DNA of 64,000 nucleotides from an uncultured Nitrososphaeraceae archaeon (GTDB lineage Archaea; Thermoproteota; Nitrososphaeria; Nitrososphaerales; Nitrososphaeraceae): assembly GCA_963837175.1 (NCBI GenBank), contig CAWIMJ010000050.1, positions 334,133 through 398,132 on the forward strand. Direction: 5' to 3'. The notes beneath the pieces are model-generated. The model was not told the DNA's origin. It was given only the letters and a program-made list of their open reading frames with translations, and made no database searches. Positions 1 to 10,661 of the stretch are shown in pieces. Numbering within the stretch: the stretch's first letter is position 1; each line of letters begins with the position of its first letter. A program made the translations under genes and the position numbers.

Positions 1-2
1 TA

Positions 3-383
3 AAACAGTTAAAAAATTTTGAATTCACAGTTAACCTTGATGCCAATCAAATTTTTCCAAACGATGAAATAAAGCAAGATATCGTTAGCAAATACAAATC
101 AGCTGAATACAATATTGCCAACTTAAAATATGATCTATTAGGATTTAATATCAGTGCATCAGATATCAAAATACATGTCGATCCCACAAAAATTGACATA
201 ACAAAGACAAGAGTCTATATCCCTGTGATGCTAGCAAACAATGTCAAAGTAAGCAATGGAGTAGTTAATTTGGATTTTAACAAAATTGACCTTGGATCAA
301 TTTATGCTATTTACGATAGAAATCTAGATAAAATGACAGTTCATATTCCTATGGTTATTGCATACAGGTATATTCAGCAATGA
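3..383 (+). CDS. Hypothetical protein, C-terminal part (runs off the window start)
   Basis: Open frame from base 3 (KQLKNFEFTVNLDANQIFPNDEIK...HIPMVIAYRYIQQ) to TGA at 381-383. It is absent from the ORF track because no start codon is in the window. Confidence 0.7.
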   Translation, partial: KQLKNFEFTVNLDANQIFPNDEIKQDIVSKYKSAEYNIANLKYDLLGFNISASDIKIHVDPTKIDITKTRVYIPVMLANNVKVSNGVVNLDFNKIDLGSIYAIYDRNLDKMTVHIPMVIAYRYIQQ

Positions 384-537
384 TGAGATATTCACTGCTA
401 CTTGTAAATCATTTTAAACATGAAAGATTTGGTAATATCTTCTTAGAAATCAATAACTAAACAAACTGTTAATTATAAGTGGTTAAAATATGATTCGCTA
501 TAGTAGCAGTAAATCATAAAATTATCTATTTACATTA

Positions 538-1027
538 TTAAATTCTGGTGCTATCTTTTCTGCAATTATATTTAGCAATTTTTCTCTATATGGGCTTGAA
601 TTTGTCCAAACAATTTCAGTAAATCCCCAATCAGCATATTTCTTCAATTTCTTTATTCCTTCTTCTCCATTTGAAAAAACAAGCAACTTTCTTCCAATGT
701 ATCGTCTCCAATAACCTTACCACTCTTCAATTATTCTTGGATCATGTATTTCTACTTCAATGAAAGCTTTTATTATGGCCCCTCTCCAAAACCTAATTGA
801 TTGCAATGCCTTTTCCTTATTCTCATCATATGAAGTAGGAATGAAGAGTATCTTTTCTAGAGAATCATAATCTTTTCCCGATTTTTTTGTACCTTCTTTA
901 ACTACAGGTAATAATTTATTTTTTATAGATTCGATATTAAGTTCATTAGTAACAAGTCCGTGGCCTTCTTCTCCTGCTAGTCTAGCTGATAGGGGTCGGG
1001 GTCCAGCAATAAATAATGGAATTGGCC
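538..1027 (-). pseudogene. Remnant (C-terminal half) of an LLM-class F420-dependent oxidoreductase (G6PDH-like)
   Basis: Manual translation gives PIPLFIAGPRPLSARLAGEEGHGLVT...EKILFIPTSYDENKEKALQSIRFWRGA...HDPRIIEE, then a stop/frameshift, then KKLKKYADWGFTEIVWTN. The N-terminal half is missing. Confidence 0.7.
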
Positions 1028-1124
1028 ATATATTATAAAGATAGAAGGAAAACTAGAACAAAACAGTTTTACCAAAAGCCCGGCATTATCATGATTTATC
1101 GCTTCATAAAGTCTGTACAAACTA

Positions 1125-2081
1125 TTAATTTTTCAAAAGGCGACTACGCAAAAAGCAATTGAATCCCTTTTCATTAACATTTGCAGCCACAAAAATATTA
1201 TTATGAGATGCATTGTGTTCAATAAACTTTGACTGTCCACGCATTGAACCATTCAACATCACTTCAATATGGCCTTTTTTTAATTTAAATAAAGATGGTT
1301 GTTCTAACAATGCAACAGCAAAAACATCATGCAAATTACAAATATCTCGTGTAGAAATTGCAAAATCTAGTAGGGAAGACATTATTCTTATCAGGGACCT
1401 TTTACCTTTAATATTTTTTATCTCTCTGAGGAATTCTGGTCCTACTGCACATACAGGATTCGTAGTGACATCTAAGCCAACGAACTTTCTATTTACATTC
1501 ACATTTTGATTAATTACTATTTTTGCTGCTTCAGGATCACAATAGAAGTTAAATTCTGTAGAATGGTTGAAACTACCAAAAATTTTATTAGCTAATCCAA
1601 ATGCGCCGCCCATGACAGAAATTTCTCTTAAATTATTTATTATAGAAGAAGACTTCTTATCTATGAACAGCTTTGCAATATTAGTTAGAGGTCCTGTTGC
1701 GACAATTGAAACTTCACGTCTCCTATAATTCTTTAAAGTAGATACGATGAAATCAGATAATTGTATCTTTGAAAGTATTTTTTTATTTTTAGGTACTTCT
1801 AATTGTAATCTCCCAAGACCTCCTTTCCCATGGAAACGTTCCTGACGGACTGTTCTTCTTTTGATAAGAGGTTTTGTTGCTCCCTGCAAAACAGGTATGT
1901 CTGTCCTGCCTAATGCATGTAATAGTTTAAGTGTGTTAAGTGCGCCAGCTCTTGAACCGATATTTCCATTTACAGTAGTAATCGCTAGAACTTCAATATC
2001 TACAGATTGTAATGCTATAATAATCGCTATCGCATCATCGATTCCAGGGTCAACGTCTAAGATGACTTTATAACTTCTCAT
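1125..2081 (-). CDS. Inosine/uridine-preferring nucleoside hydrolase
   Basis: DVDPGIDDA Asp-box, ATGPLTNIA, MGG, EFNFYCDPEAA and HD motifs. Confidence 0.93.
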   Translation of the reverse strand: MRSYKVILDVDPGIDDAIAIIIALQSVDIEVLAITTVNGNIGSRAGALNTLKLLHALGRTDIPVLQGATKPLIKRRTVRQERFHGKGGLGRLQLEVPKNKKILSKIQLSDFIVSTLKNYRRREVSIVATGPLTNIAKLFIDKKSSSIINNLREISVMGGAFGLANKIFGSFNHSTEFNFYCDPEAAKIVINQNVNVNRKFVGLDVTTNPVCAVGPEFLREIKNIKGKRSLIRIMSSLLDFAISTRDICNLHDVFAVALLEQPSLFKLKKGHIEVMLNGSMRGQSKFIEHNASHNNIFVAANVNEKGFNCFLRSRLLKN

Positions 2082-2239
2082 TATTGCTAGATGTTAGAAA
2101 GAGTATAATCCGTAAGTATTTTTACATTACTTTGGCATATTAGGTTAGTCCACAGAAGACGAATCAACATTGATATTATAATAGAGAGATTTATAAAACA
2201 GTTCTAGATTTAATTATCAAAGATACAAATGCTATTACA

Positions 2240-3125
2240 TTGAAGTTCAGATTTGCAAAAAAGTCAGACAAGGAAGAAATTTTAAAATTCTGCATTGATA
2301 CGTTTGAATGGGGAGATTACATCAACCAAGTATGGGACATGTGGTTTTATGAATCAAACGGAGCTTTATTCGTAGCAGAGGATGAAACAAGAAACAACAA
2401 AGGATCCACAATAGCGTTTTCACATGTGTCATTATGTCCTCACAGAAGAAAGATCTGGCTTGAAGGAATTAGAGTAAATCCAGATAACAGACGAAGATCT
2501 ATAGCAACAGAATTAATAAGAAAAATGTTGTCCTATGGAAAACGAAAAGGAGCAAGAGAGGCGTCTGCAATAGTAGCCGTGAATAATCTTCCATCACAAT
2601 TAATGATGAAGAAAAGCGGTTTTAATGTTATATCAAAATGGATCTATTCTAGTTTTGATAATTTCCCCCAAAAATTTGGGAACTTTAATGCTAGAATTGC
2701 TACCTTTAATGACATAAAAAAAATACAAAATTATTTAAAACAATCAGCAACGTACAGAATCATCGGGAAAGCGCTATGTTAATTCATGGCGATGGTATTC
2801 ATTTGATTCTAAGAATTTATCAGATATTATTAAACACCGAAAATTGATTATAGCAGAAAATGATATTATCGAAGGAATGACAATTATCGATGGAGATGGA
2901 TATTGGAATAAGAACAATGTCTTTCAAATAGTTTATCTTGACTCTATTAATGTTTCTTCATTATATGATCTGATAGGCTTTGCTATGATGTTATTACAAT
3001 CAGCTCATGATCGGTATAAGAGGATACAGATATTCGCTCCTCAAACAAGCCAGATATCATCGGTTATAAGAGAATTAAATATAATTAACCCAGATGAATT
3101 TTTGTTATATGGAAAGTCAATTTAA
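2240..3125 (+). CDS. GNAT family N-acetyltransferase (one gene, frameshift near 2758)
   Basis: WLEGIRVNPDNRRRSIAT acetyl-CoA motif and NNLPS. Removing one base near 2758 joins ORF 2240..2782 through SSGKRYVNSWRW to ORF 2844..3125. Confidence 0.8.
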
Positions 3126-3440
3126 TACCTTTATAATGACGTTTAGCTCGCACCGGGTATGGATGGAAGAAAGATAAGAATAGAATTCATGTACTGGTAA
3201 CAAACGCCCGCTATTGTTATTTGGTCCTTCATCACTTTTCTATCCAAACAAGTCGCTCTCTTGATTCTCATTCTGAAGCATCTGGATCAGTTGGTATGTC
3301 TAATTTGCTTTTAGAATGATAATATATCCAGAATATGTAATGCTAATAAATCTAATATAAATAATAGAATAAGATGCTGAAAGTAATATAAAATTTTTCT
3401 AAACCTTTAAATCATATGTTCAAATTGGTTTGTATAGAGT

Positions 3441-4517
3441 ATGTCAGATATTATATCATGGGACAAAGCTATTGACAAAAAAGTAAAGTCAAGTGATAAC
3501 CAAGATATAGGTAAAGTTCAAAGTATTACAAAGGATTATATTCAAACAAAAGAAGGAACGGTAGCCAAAAAATATTATTTTATTCCTAAGTATTATTTTC
3601 AAGGATATGACGGTGATAATTTATGGGTTTCATTAACCAAAGATCAAATAAAGGCTAAATTTGAGAGAGAAAAAGAACCTGAGCCTGGTGAGTTACAAAC
3701 ACCCGAGTATGCAGAAAGAAGAACAGCAATTACTAAACAGTATCCTGATTTTGATAGTAATATTCCCCAATATGCTTCTCCATCTACTTTATCGCCTACG
3801 ACTTCCTCTACTACTACTGCTGCAGATGACAGTGTTGGTATGCCGTGGGATAAAATTATCGATAAAAAAGTTAAATCAAGTGACAACCAAGATTTGGGAA
3901 AGGTGCAAAGCGTTGCTGCTAATTACATCGAAGCACAAGAAGGCCATCTAAGCAAGAAACGCTACTATATACCTAAACATTATATCCAAGGATTCGACGG
4001 CGAGCATTTGCACGCGGCATTAACTAAGGACGAAATAAAAAGTCGTTATGAAAGAGATGCTCCTCCATCCGAATCAGAATTTCAGAATCAAGAGAAAACT
4101 GAACAAAATCTTCGACAGGGGTCTGCTTCTCCGAAGTCTGTTGAGGGAATACCGTTGATGGCTAAGGAGCCAGGGCTTGAGCTTCGCGGAGAATATTCAG
4201 GTAAATCAGTCAATATTCCATGGGAGGAGGTTATCCATAAACATGTACTCACAAGCGATAACGTTGACATAGGAGAAGTAGATAGAGTAGGAAATGAGTA
4301 TATAGTAGTTAGAGAAGGTGTGGTAAAGACTCATATCTATTATATTCCAAAAGTTTACATCACCAATTATGATGGTAGTACACTTTGGATAAACGCTCCT
4401 AGTGGATTAGTAAGTGCTAAATTTGAACGAGAAACAGAGCCAACACCAGAAGACATTAAAAGGCTTGTAGATGAGGCAAAATCTAAGAGCGGCGCCACAG
4501 AGAAGTTTGAAAGCTAA
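3441..4517 (+). CDS. Protein with three tandem PRC-barrel-like repeats
   Basis: Three copies of W(D/E)xxIxKxVxxSDNxD(I/L)GxV...EG...YxIPKxYxxxxDGxxL, separated by S/T/P/Q-rich linkers. Confidence 0.8.
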   Translation: MSDIISWDKAIDKKVKSSDNQDIGKVQSITKDYIQTKEGTVAKKYYFIPKYYFQGYDGDNLWVSLTKDQIKAKFEREKEPEPGELQTPEYAERRTAITKQYPDFDSNIPQYASPSTLSPTTSSTTTAADDSVGMPWDKIIDKKVKSSDNQDLGKVQSVAANYIEAQEGHLSKKRYYIPKHYIQGFDGEHLHAALTKDEIKSRYERDAPPSESEFQNQEKTEQNLRQGSASPKSVEGIPLMAKEPGLELRGEYSGKSVNIPWEEVIHKHVLTSDNVDIGEVDRVGNEYIVVREGVVKTHIYYIPKVYITNYDGSTLWINAPSGLVSAKFERETEPTPEDIKRLVDEAKSKSGATEKFES

Positions 4518-4941
4518 AATGACACTTGATAACTCAAAATACAGACACTTATGATGGGGTTATGTGAACCATAAGAAGGGATGGTCGTAGGGGTGGAACT
4601 TACGCATCTCGATAGCTGGTACAACAAGTACCTGAAACGATACTAATTTATGAATGAACTGATGTGGAAGAGGTAGACTGACAATTGGAATACTATCTTT
4701 TTGTCATTAATATTAGAACTACTTCTAAAGTTGGTTATATCCTTGACAATACTCTAAATTAAAACACACAAATTTGTTATATTTGTCAATTTCAGAATAT
4801 AGTTTTTTAGTTATATTAGGATGATAGTTTTGTTATTTACCTATTGGAATACAAATTCTCTTGTTATTTTTCATAATTGACCGTTTCTAGAATGGTTATA
4901 TTATGCATAATTGTATGATTTCTCACCACAGCAGCATTATC

Positions 4942-5118
4942 TTATTGGGTAAGATCAATAATGCTGTTTCTGATAATCAATTTTGCCTCTGGCGAAATAT
5001 TATACCGCTCAAGTACTTTTGTCGGTTCCTTTACAAGTACGTTCCTAAATTCTGGTTCACTAGCAGCTTTTAGCAGAATTTCGCTAATGACCTCAGCGTC
5101 CTTCTGTCGATTATGCAA
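4942..5118 (-). CDS. 58-aa NHLP-clan (Os1348/Franean1_4349-like) leader-peptide-like protein; candidate partner or substrate of YcaO-TfuA
   Basis: TTG at 5118 to TAA at 4942: MHNRQKDAEVISEILLKAASEPEFRNVLVKEPTKVLERYNISPEAKLIIRNSIIDLTQ. It matches the NHLP pattern (I/L)xxKAxxDPEFRxxLxxDPxxVLxxY. A TATA-like TTATATA lies 26-32 nt upstream, and the gene is divergent from ycaO. Confidence 0.78.
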   Translation of the reverse strand: MHNRQKDAEVISEILLKAASEPEFRNVLVKEPTKVLERYNISPEAKLIIRNSIIDLTQ

Positions 5119-5202
5119 TTAACAAAACGTTTACAAAATCTGCTATATAATCCTAATGCATAATTCGGAAACTTGATATGAACTAATTTATGGGTTTCAT
5201 CT
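5119..5202. promoter_or_regulatory. Divergent promoter region between the NHLP-like gene and ycaO-tfuA
   Basis: 84-bp AT-rich spacer. TATATAA at 5144-5150 reads TTATATA on the minus strand at the typical archaeal TATA distance from the TTG at 5118. Confidence 0.45.
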
Positions 5203-6528
5203 ATGATTATAGGAGAGTTACGTCTTCAACCGAGGCAGAAATGGACCATTAACGGTACATCGAGAATAAGCCCTCCTCAAGAAATCCTGAAGAGAATTAC
5301 TTCTATATCACGAAAGATAGGAGTCACCAGACTTGCTGATATCACTAACATGGATATACTTGGCATTCCAAATTATTCAGCGGTTCTACCAGGGACTGAA
5401 GATTATATATGGGTTTATAGTGGCAAAGGCTCCACTAAGGCTCATGCTAGAGCCAGTGCTCTGATGGAATCTATAGAGCGATATTCCTCGCTTCCAAGCG
5501 GTGGCCCAAAAAATTTTATCCAAGGCAGCTATGATCAACTATCAAAGTCATTTACAGTTCTTCATCCAGACAAACTTTTAGAACCAGTTAGATTTCAATA
5601 TACTAATGACATGCCAATGGATTTTCTTCCTGGTTTTGATCTATTTACAAATGAACAGATATTGGTACCGGCATCAATAGCATTATTTCGTTATTCTCCC
5701 GTCCCTCCTTTTGTTAATCCCTTTGCATTTCATCATACAAATGGACTTGCATCTGGTAACGTACTAGAGGAAGCTATTTGTCATTCATTATGTGAGGTGA
5801 TAGAGCGCGATGCAACCAGTTTGGCTGAACTACGTGCCAGTGCTATCCCTTTTCATTTTTTACGACACATCACAAATACGCTGAAGGCAAAAGGGTATGC
5901 GCTAAACTCTATTCCTACAGATAAATATGTGGACGATCCTAATATATTTCCTGATGTAAATATTTCACAGATTGAATTTCAACCAGTTAAAGCTTTAGCA
6001 AAAAAATTTCTACAATCCAAAATTCCCTTGATTATTAAGGACATTACATCGGACATTGGAATTCCGACATTTAACGCTAGCAGTATCGAATGGATAAGCC
6101 ATGATTATGGTTATCTTGCCGAAGGGCATGGAACACATCCTGATGCACGTATTGCATTATTGCGTGCTATAACAGAGGTATCACAAACTAGAGCCGCTAA
6201 CATTCAAGGTGCAAGAGATGATCTCCGAAAAATCAAATACGGACAAAACAATACAAATGATAAACGTGCATGGCAATTTATGCAGTCAGATAAAAACGTA
6301 AAATTTTCTGAGATTGCTACGTATTTTAACCAAGATATTCTTGATGATATCAAGTTGATTCTAGAACATCTAAAACAGATTGGATTAAAGAGAGCCATCA
6401 TCGTAAATTTAACTAACGATAGCATTGGAATCCCTGTTGTAAGGGCAGTAGTACCTGGCCTTGAGACTTTCAAAATCACAAAATCTATCATGGGTTGGCG
6501 AGCAAGAAGGTATTTTAAAAATGAATAA
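5203..6528 (+). CDS. ycaO: YcaO family ATP-dependent backbone-amide activating enzyme (TfuA-associated, thioamide-forming type)
   Basis: GVTRLADITNMDILGIP, SGKG...ARASALMESIERYS, TNGLASGN..EEAICHSLCEVIERDA, RAITEVSQTR and VPGLE. There is no C-terminal PxP motif, and the gene overlaps tfuA. Confidence 0.95.
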   Translation: MIIGELRLQPRQKWTINGTSRISPPQEILKRITSISRKIGVTRLADITNMDILGIPNYSAVLPGTEDYIWVYSGKGSTKAHARASALMESIERYSSLPSGGPKNFIQGSYDQLSKSFTVLHPDKLLEPVRFQYTNDMPMDFLPGFDLFTNEQILVPASIALFRYSPVPPFVNPFAFHHTNGLASGNVLEEAICHSLCEVIERDATSLAELRASAIPFHFLRHITNTLKAKGYALNSIPTDKYVDDPNIFPDVNISQIEFQPVKALAKKFLQSKIPLIIKDITSDIGIPTFNASSIEWISHDYGYLAEGHGTHPDARIALLRAITEVSQTRAANIQGARDDLRKIKYGQNNTNDKRAWQFMQSDKNVKFSEIATYFNQDILDDIKLILEHLKQIGLKRAIIVNLTNDSIGIPVVRAVVPGLETFKITKSIMGWRARRYFKNE

Positions 6529-7186
6529 GCCTATAATATTTCTAGGTCCTAGCCTGAACCACGAGAGAGCAAGACAAATCTTTCAAGCTGATTTTAGAGG
6601 ACCCGCAAAAAAGGGCGATCTCTTAAGAATTTCAAGTGTTGTAGATGATACAACGATAGTCTGCCTAGTAGACGCATTATTTCTCCAAGATTATCCTCCT
6701 TCTCCAATAGAAGTCTATCAACTGATGCTAAATAAAAATATAAAACTATTTGGAGCAGCAAGTCTTGGTGCATTGCGTGCAGTTGAGCTCGAAAAATTTG
6801 GAATGATTGGGATCGGAAAAATTTTTGAACTTTATAAGAAAGGCAAACTAACTGCTGATGACGAAGTAGCAGTTACCTTCACAGAGGGTGAGCACCAACT
6901 CCAGTCTGAGGCAATGATAGATATTCGATTTAATTTATTTTTGGCATATAGAAATGGAATAATTAATGAAATTACAAAAAAAACAGTAGCTAAAGTAGCC
7001 AAAAGTATCTATTTTCCATACAGGAATTATATCGATATCCTTGACCAAACAGAAAAGCACTATCCTGCGATAGCCGACGATCTGAAACTATTTCGAACTT
7101 ATATTATCAAAAATAGGCAAAGTCTGAAGGAGCGCGATACAATAAAACTAATTAATTATGTAAAGAAGCTTTTCATTGAATCTTAA
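6521..7186 (+). CDS. tfuA: TfuA-like protein
   Basis: IIFLGPSL, GPAKKGD, VDALF, GAASLGALRAVEL...GMIGIGKIF, DDEVAV and SEAMIDIR. The ATG at 6521 overlaps the ycaO stop, suggesting translational coupling. Confidence 0.95.
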   Translation: MNKPIIFLGPSLNHERARQIFQADFRGPAKKGDLLRISSVVDDTTIVCLVDALFLQDYPPSPIEVYQLMLNKNIKLFGAASLGALRAVELEKFGMIGIGKIFELYKKGKLTADDEVAVTFTEGEHQLQSEAMIDIRFNLFLAYRNGIINEITKKTVAKVAKSIYFPYRNYIDILDQTEKHYPAIADDLKLFRTYIIKNRQSLKERDTIKLINYVKKLFIES

Positions 7187-7914
7187 ATTATAACGTATTT
7201 GACTAATAATAGTCTAATTCATGAAAATTAGTGCTTCCATTTGCCTTTAATAATGGTGCAAAGTTCTGATTTGGCTTGTAACAGGGAGTTGAATGCATGA
7301 CATACTTTCTTTAGAATGATTATTCTCAAATCGAGAAATTAAAACATATTAAATGACTTGTAAATTTAGAGTGCAATATTCTATGTCTGCCTACTGTAAA
7401 CTAGAAAGCGAAAAAATAATGTATGAACGTGAACAATTATCATTTATTTGAAGACTTTTAAAATATCATTTCTCTAATATTATGATCTTTAAATTCTGAG
7501 TCTATACAAGGGACAAATTACAAGGAACCAGTAGTCAGACGATTAGAGTGATTAGGCAATTCATAGCTAGGAAGACAACAAATTATATATATTCTAGATA
7601 TGGATTTTGCTCTTGTTTTCTCTACTAATGGATTTCAATATGCTACTGTAATGGATGTTATAAAAAAAATCTACTATAAAAAATATTTTTTAACATGCCA
7701 ATTTTTTATTATTTTACATGATTCAGATTCTCCTTGCGCTAGATATACTGGTTTCCTCAATAATACATATCAGCAAGTCATCTTCGGATTTTTGTCAATC
7801 AGCTTTAAATCATTAAATTGGTCCTGACTCTGTTGGTCTTTAGAAAAACTCTCGTTATTTTTTATATTTATATTAATAGAATGTATCTATTAACAATGAT
7901 ATCGATCCTTATAA

Positions 7915-8097
7915 TCATCTGATCTTCTCCAATATCACCCTTGACATATTAGTATTGTAACCCACTACGCTCTTTATGGTAAAGCCCTCTTGTAATATCT
8001 TATCGATTTTAACCCATGGTTCATCTTGTTTGAAGCCTGGAATTATTACAACCTTTATTAATTCTCCATCATATTGAATTGACTTGTCATTAGACAT
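7915..8097 (-). CDS. Small hypothetical protein (60 aa, MSNDKSIQYDGELIKVV...)
   Basis: Protein-like composition; probable ATG at 8097. Confidence 0.5.
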   Translation of the reverse strand: MSNDKSIQYDGELIKVVIIPGFKQDEPWVKIDKILQEGFTIKSVVGYNTNMSRVILEKIR

Positions 8098-8455
8098 TAT
8101 AATTAATAAGAACAAAGAATATTTAATGAATATTATTATACTTTATTAGATGTACGAAGATCCTGCCATAACTATTATTATTTTTTCGAAAACTGATAAT
8201 TATGATAAATCTTATTGTAACATCCTAGTTATAAAATATTTTATACTATCATCAACAATTATATAAATTATTATAGGCACGTAGGAAGAAAAAGATCGAA
8301 AAAGATCCTAATTATTATGAATCCCATTGATTAACTATTGATGTCCCAATGATATACTTCTTGTTGAGCTAATTACAATATAATTATATAACCTTATTTT
8401 CTAAATCACATAATTTTAAATCTTAGAGAATATATATCACAAAAGAGAATCTAAC

Positions 8456-8755
8456 TTGAGTAATAACAAGCAATTTCTCTTGCAACAGCTAATGTGGATT
8501 GCTATATATTTTGCTATCAGTCTTGCTATTTCAATTATAATTCCGTTTCCATTCTCCCTAGTCGCTATAATAGGTGTTGTCTTGTTGCTAAGTTTTTACG
8601 TAAGAAAAAGGATGATGAAAAGAATGGGAGTCGGAATGGGAAACTTCTCTATGTTTGGTTCAAGTTCAGTAAATTATTATTGTATGAGCTGCGGAACAAA
8701 ACATAATGAAGCAGCCTGCCCTAAATGCGGATCCAAAATGAAAAGAGTTGGATGA
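8456..8755 (+). CDS. Small two-TM membrane protein with C-terminal Zn-ribbon
   Basis: Hydrophobic hairpin (..PFPFSL..) followed by YYCMSCG.KH.E.ACPKCGSKMKRVG; paralog of 53375..53719. Confidence 0.85.
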   Translation: MSNNKQFLLQQLMWIAIYFAISLAISIIIPFPFSLVAIIGVVLLLSFYVRKRMMKRMGVGMGNFSMFGSSSVNYYCMSCGTKHNEAACPKCGSKMKRVG

Positions 8756-9151
8756 CTAAAACTAACATTTCAATTCTTTCTCTAGAATGATTTTAGTCTA
8801 TGTTCGAATTCTGTTAATCTGCAATTTTTCTAATTAGCTCGCTACCTATAAATTATAAAAAATGATTATGATATTCTGCTATAGTTGAGATTTCACGAAC
8901 TAATTTTAGTTATAGTGCCCAAGTATGCTAGTATTTCAGAAAAGCCGCTCATGATTTGCTAAGCTAAATAACTAGAGTTTCCTTGCGGTCGCGCCCTGAC
9001 AGAATTAGCAATTTAACTTCTATAAAGTTATCTTGCAACAGATCATACTTTTTTTGGTGGTTGAACGATAAAAAATTACAATGACTAATATATCTTAGAA
9101 ATAGTAACAAAACATTACTTTAATATACAAATTTAGAACTAGGATCGTTCG

Positions 9152-10318
9152 ATGGACGCTAGGAATATTGGCTTACGAAATATCGAAGTTGCTGATACAC
9201 GTATTTGTTCCATTGATGGAGAAAACGGTAAATTGATTTACCGTGGTTATGATATCTTAGATTTAGTTAATCATTCTACCTTTGAAGAAACAGCGTACCT
9301 ATTATTATTTGGTGAACTACCAAGTCCAGATGAGCTAGAAGATTTTTCAGGAAGATTAAGAGAAGCCCGTAGTGTTCCTGGGACAGTTATTAGAAATTTA
9401 AAAACACGTCCAAAGAGAGCACGTCCTATGGATGTGCTTCAATCAAGTGTCTCAGAATTAGCCGACTATGATCTGAATATTGAAGACGATTCAAAAGAAG
9501 CCAACATTAGACGAGCAATCATCCTTATCGCAAAAATTCCTACAATTGTCTGTGCGTGGAATAGAATTCGCACAGGTAATCACATTGTAGACCCCCTGGA
9601 GGAAGGATCCCATTCTTCCAATTTTCTTTATATGCTTCGCGGAACACCGCCAACTGCAGAAGAAGCAAAGGTATTTGACATTTGCCTTATCTTACATGCA
9701 GAGCATAGCTTCAATGCATCAACTTTTGCAGCTAGGGAAATAGCTTCAACAAGAGCTCATATGTACGCTTGTATCGGCGGTGCTATCGGTGCATTATCCG
9801 GCGAATTACATGGAGGAGCAAACATACAGGTTATGAAAATGTTGCTTGAAATCGATGACATTTCTAACGTAGAGAAATGGATAGAGACTAGATTGCAACA
9901 AGGTGGGAGAATTATGGGAATGGGTCATGCCGTGTACAGGACTACAGATCCAAGGGCTGAAATACTTTCGAGACTCTCAAGATCAATGTCAAAGCAAACA
10001 GGCACAAAATGGTTTGAGATTACAGAACGTCTTGAAAACTTCACAAAAAAATACATGCTTGAGAATAAGAAACAAGCTATTTATCCCAACGTCGACCTAT
10101 ATAGCGCCTCGCTTTATTATAGCATAGGCATTCCTATGGATCTCAATACCCCTATCTTTGCAATTTCAAGAATTTCGGGTTGGTGTGCACATATAATTGA
10201 AGAGAAGTTTGCAGAAGCCGCTCCTAAACCTGCCCTATATAGACCCAAAGCTGTTTACGTAGGAAAATATTGTGGACCTATGGGATGCGAATATACGCCT
10301 ATACAAAATAGAGAATAA
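9152..10318 (+). CDS. gltA: Citrate synthase (citrate/2-methylcitrate synthase family)
   Basis: LIYRGY, HAEHSFNASTF, LSGELHGGAN, GMGHAVY..DPR and YPNVD motifs. Confidence 0.96.
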   Translation: MDARNIGLRNIEVADTRICSIDGENGKLIYRGYDILDLVNHSTFEETAYLLLFGELPSPDELEDFSGRLREARSVPGTVIRNLKTRPKRARPMDVLQSSVSELADYDLNIEDDSKEANIRRAIILIAKIPTIVCAWNRIRTGNHIVDPLEEGSHSSNFLYMLRGTPPTAEEAKVFDICLILHAEHSFNASTFAAREIASTRAHMYACIGGAIGALSGELHGGANIQVMKMLLEIDDISNVEKWIETRLQQGGRIMGMGHAVYRTTDPRAEILSRLSRSMSKQTGTKWFEITERLENFTKKYMLENKKQAIYPNVDLYSASLYYSIGIPMDLNTPIFAISRISGWCAHIIEEKFAEAAPKPALYRPKAVYVGKYCGPMGCEYTPIQNRE

Positions 10319-10661
10319 TGGTAAAGCATGATACATTTGATTAGGATAACTGTTTCTAATGATCCCTCTACAAACCTATTCTTTTTTTTCTTAAACTTAT
10401 TATTATTTTTCAATAGAGTATTATGTATGCGGCCGATTGTAAATAGAGTTAATTGATCATATTCTATATGTTAATTCATACAAATCTATTGTTCATATAT
10501 TAAGATAGCAAGAAATTAGAAATATCTATATTATAAGCAGCAAATCCCCCATTGAAAAGAATAGGCAGAAAGCATGGTTTAGTATGATATTTAAATAAAT
10601 TATCTATTGCTATTAATTACCCAAATCAATAGAAATTTAGATACTCTCTACCTATTATTAC

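Noticed and set aside
4540-4690. Relatively GC-rich patch after the PRC-repeat gene as a possible RiPP core ORF or C/D-box sRNA
   Set aside because: There is no convincing ORF in any frame, the C box is imperfect (ATGATGG), and I could support no stable structure.
7600-7827. 75-aa ORF downstream of tfuA as a precursor peptide
   Set aside because: It has an AT-rich, F/I/Y-biased composition typical of spurious ORFs, with no leader or core features.
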